Origin: a virus
Length of the DNA: 38,330 bases
UHGV virus genome: UHGV-0177677
Reading direction: 5' to 3' (one strand)
Below the pieces are notes generated by a model. That model had not been told where the DNA came from, did not search any database, and worked only from the letters and a program-made list of their open reading frames with translations. Positions 38,023 through 38,330 of this stretch are shown here, in pieces. Both the position numbers and the translations under genes were made by a program. Position 1 is the stretch's first letter, and each line of letters begins with the position of its first letter.

Positions 38023-38295
38023 TCAGGCGTCCAGATTCTCTTTCGCCCATGCAGCAAAATCGGTATAGCCGCCGATATGTTGCTGATCGACAAAAATCTG
38101 CGGCACGGTTTCTACGGGTTTACCTGCCTTTTGTTGTAGATCTTCTTTAGTGATCCCTTCCGCACGAATATCTACATACTGATACTGGAAATCATCGCGT
38201 TCATTGCTCAATTTCTCAGCCAGATCTTTTGCACGCACACAGTAAGGGCAACCCGGACGACCAAAAATAACGGTTTGCATTATTTCTCTCCTCAT
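38023..38295 (-). CDS. grxA: Glutaredoxin 1, host gene
   Basis: MQTVIFGRPGCPYCVRAKDLAEKL... with CPYC active site; matches E. coli GrxA. Confidence 0.9.
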   Translation of the reverse strand: MRREIMQTVIFGRPGCPYCVRAKDLAEKLSNERDDFQYQYVDIRAEGITKEDLQQKAGKPVETVPQIFVDQQHIGGYTDFAAWAKENLDA

Positions 38296-38330
38296 AGATT
38301 TATGCCTGTAATGATCACGCTAAAATGTAT

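Overview
The window holds one complete ~34.9-kb P2/186-family (Peduovirus-like myovirus) prophage, about 591-35515, inserted between the host genes rcdA/ybjK (left) and ybjL-ybjM-grxA (right), which match the Escherichia coli K-12 ybjK-ybjL-ybjM-grxA neighbourhood. It is flanked by a 26-bp perfect direct repeat (att core). All protein identifications come from reading the supplied translations against remembered family signatures; no database search was run. Gene order: int, small secreted Cys-rich ORF, 186-type CI repressor, pR, apl, cII, early ORFs, TraR-like protein, dam, replication gene A, a LexA-box-controlled small-ORF/DinI-like pair, a secreted-protein moron, a putative cos site, an AT-rich three-gene cassette of unknown function, Q and P (minus), O N M L X, pinholin/SAR-endolysin/LysA/nested spanins, R S, an AT-rich SIR2-like gene (minus), V W J I H G, an inverted tfa'/H' segment with a Pin-type invertase, FI FII E/E' T U D, ogr. 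The two strongest candidates for an undescribed system are the three-gene cassette at 9578-11772 (no assignable domains except a possible PD-(D/E)xK nuclease motif in the third protein) and the single-gene SIR2-like protein at 20574-22094; both look like horizontally acquired anti-phage cargo. Other signals are an invertible tail-fibre segment, TGT-N12-ACA late-promoter sites, an E/E' -1 frameshift site and a perfect LexA box. No tRNA, rRNA or CRISPR array was seen.
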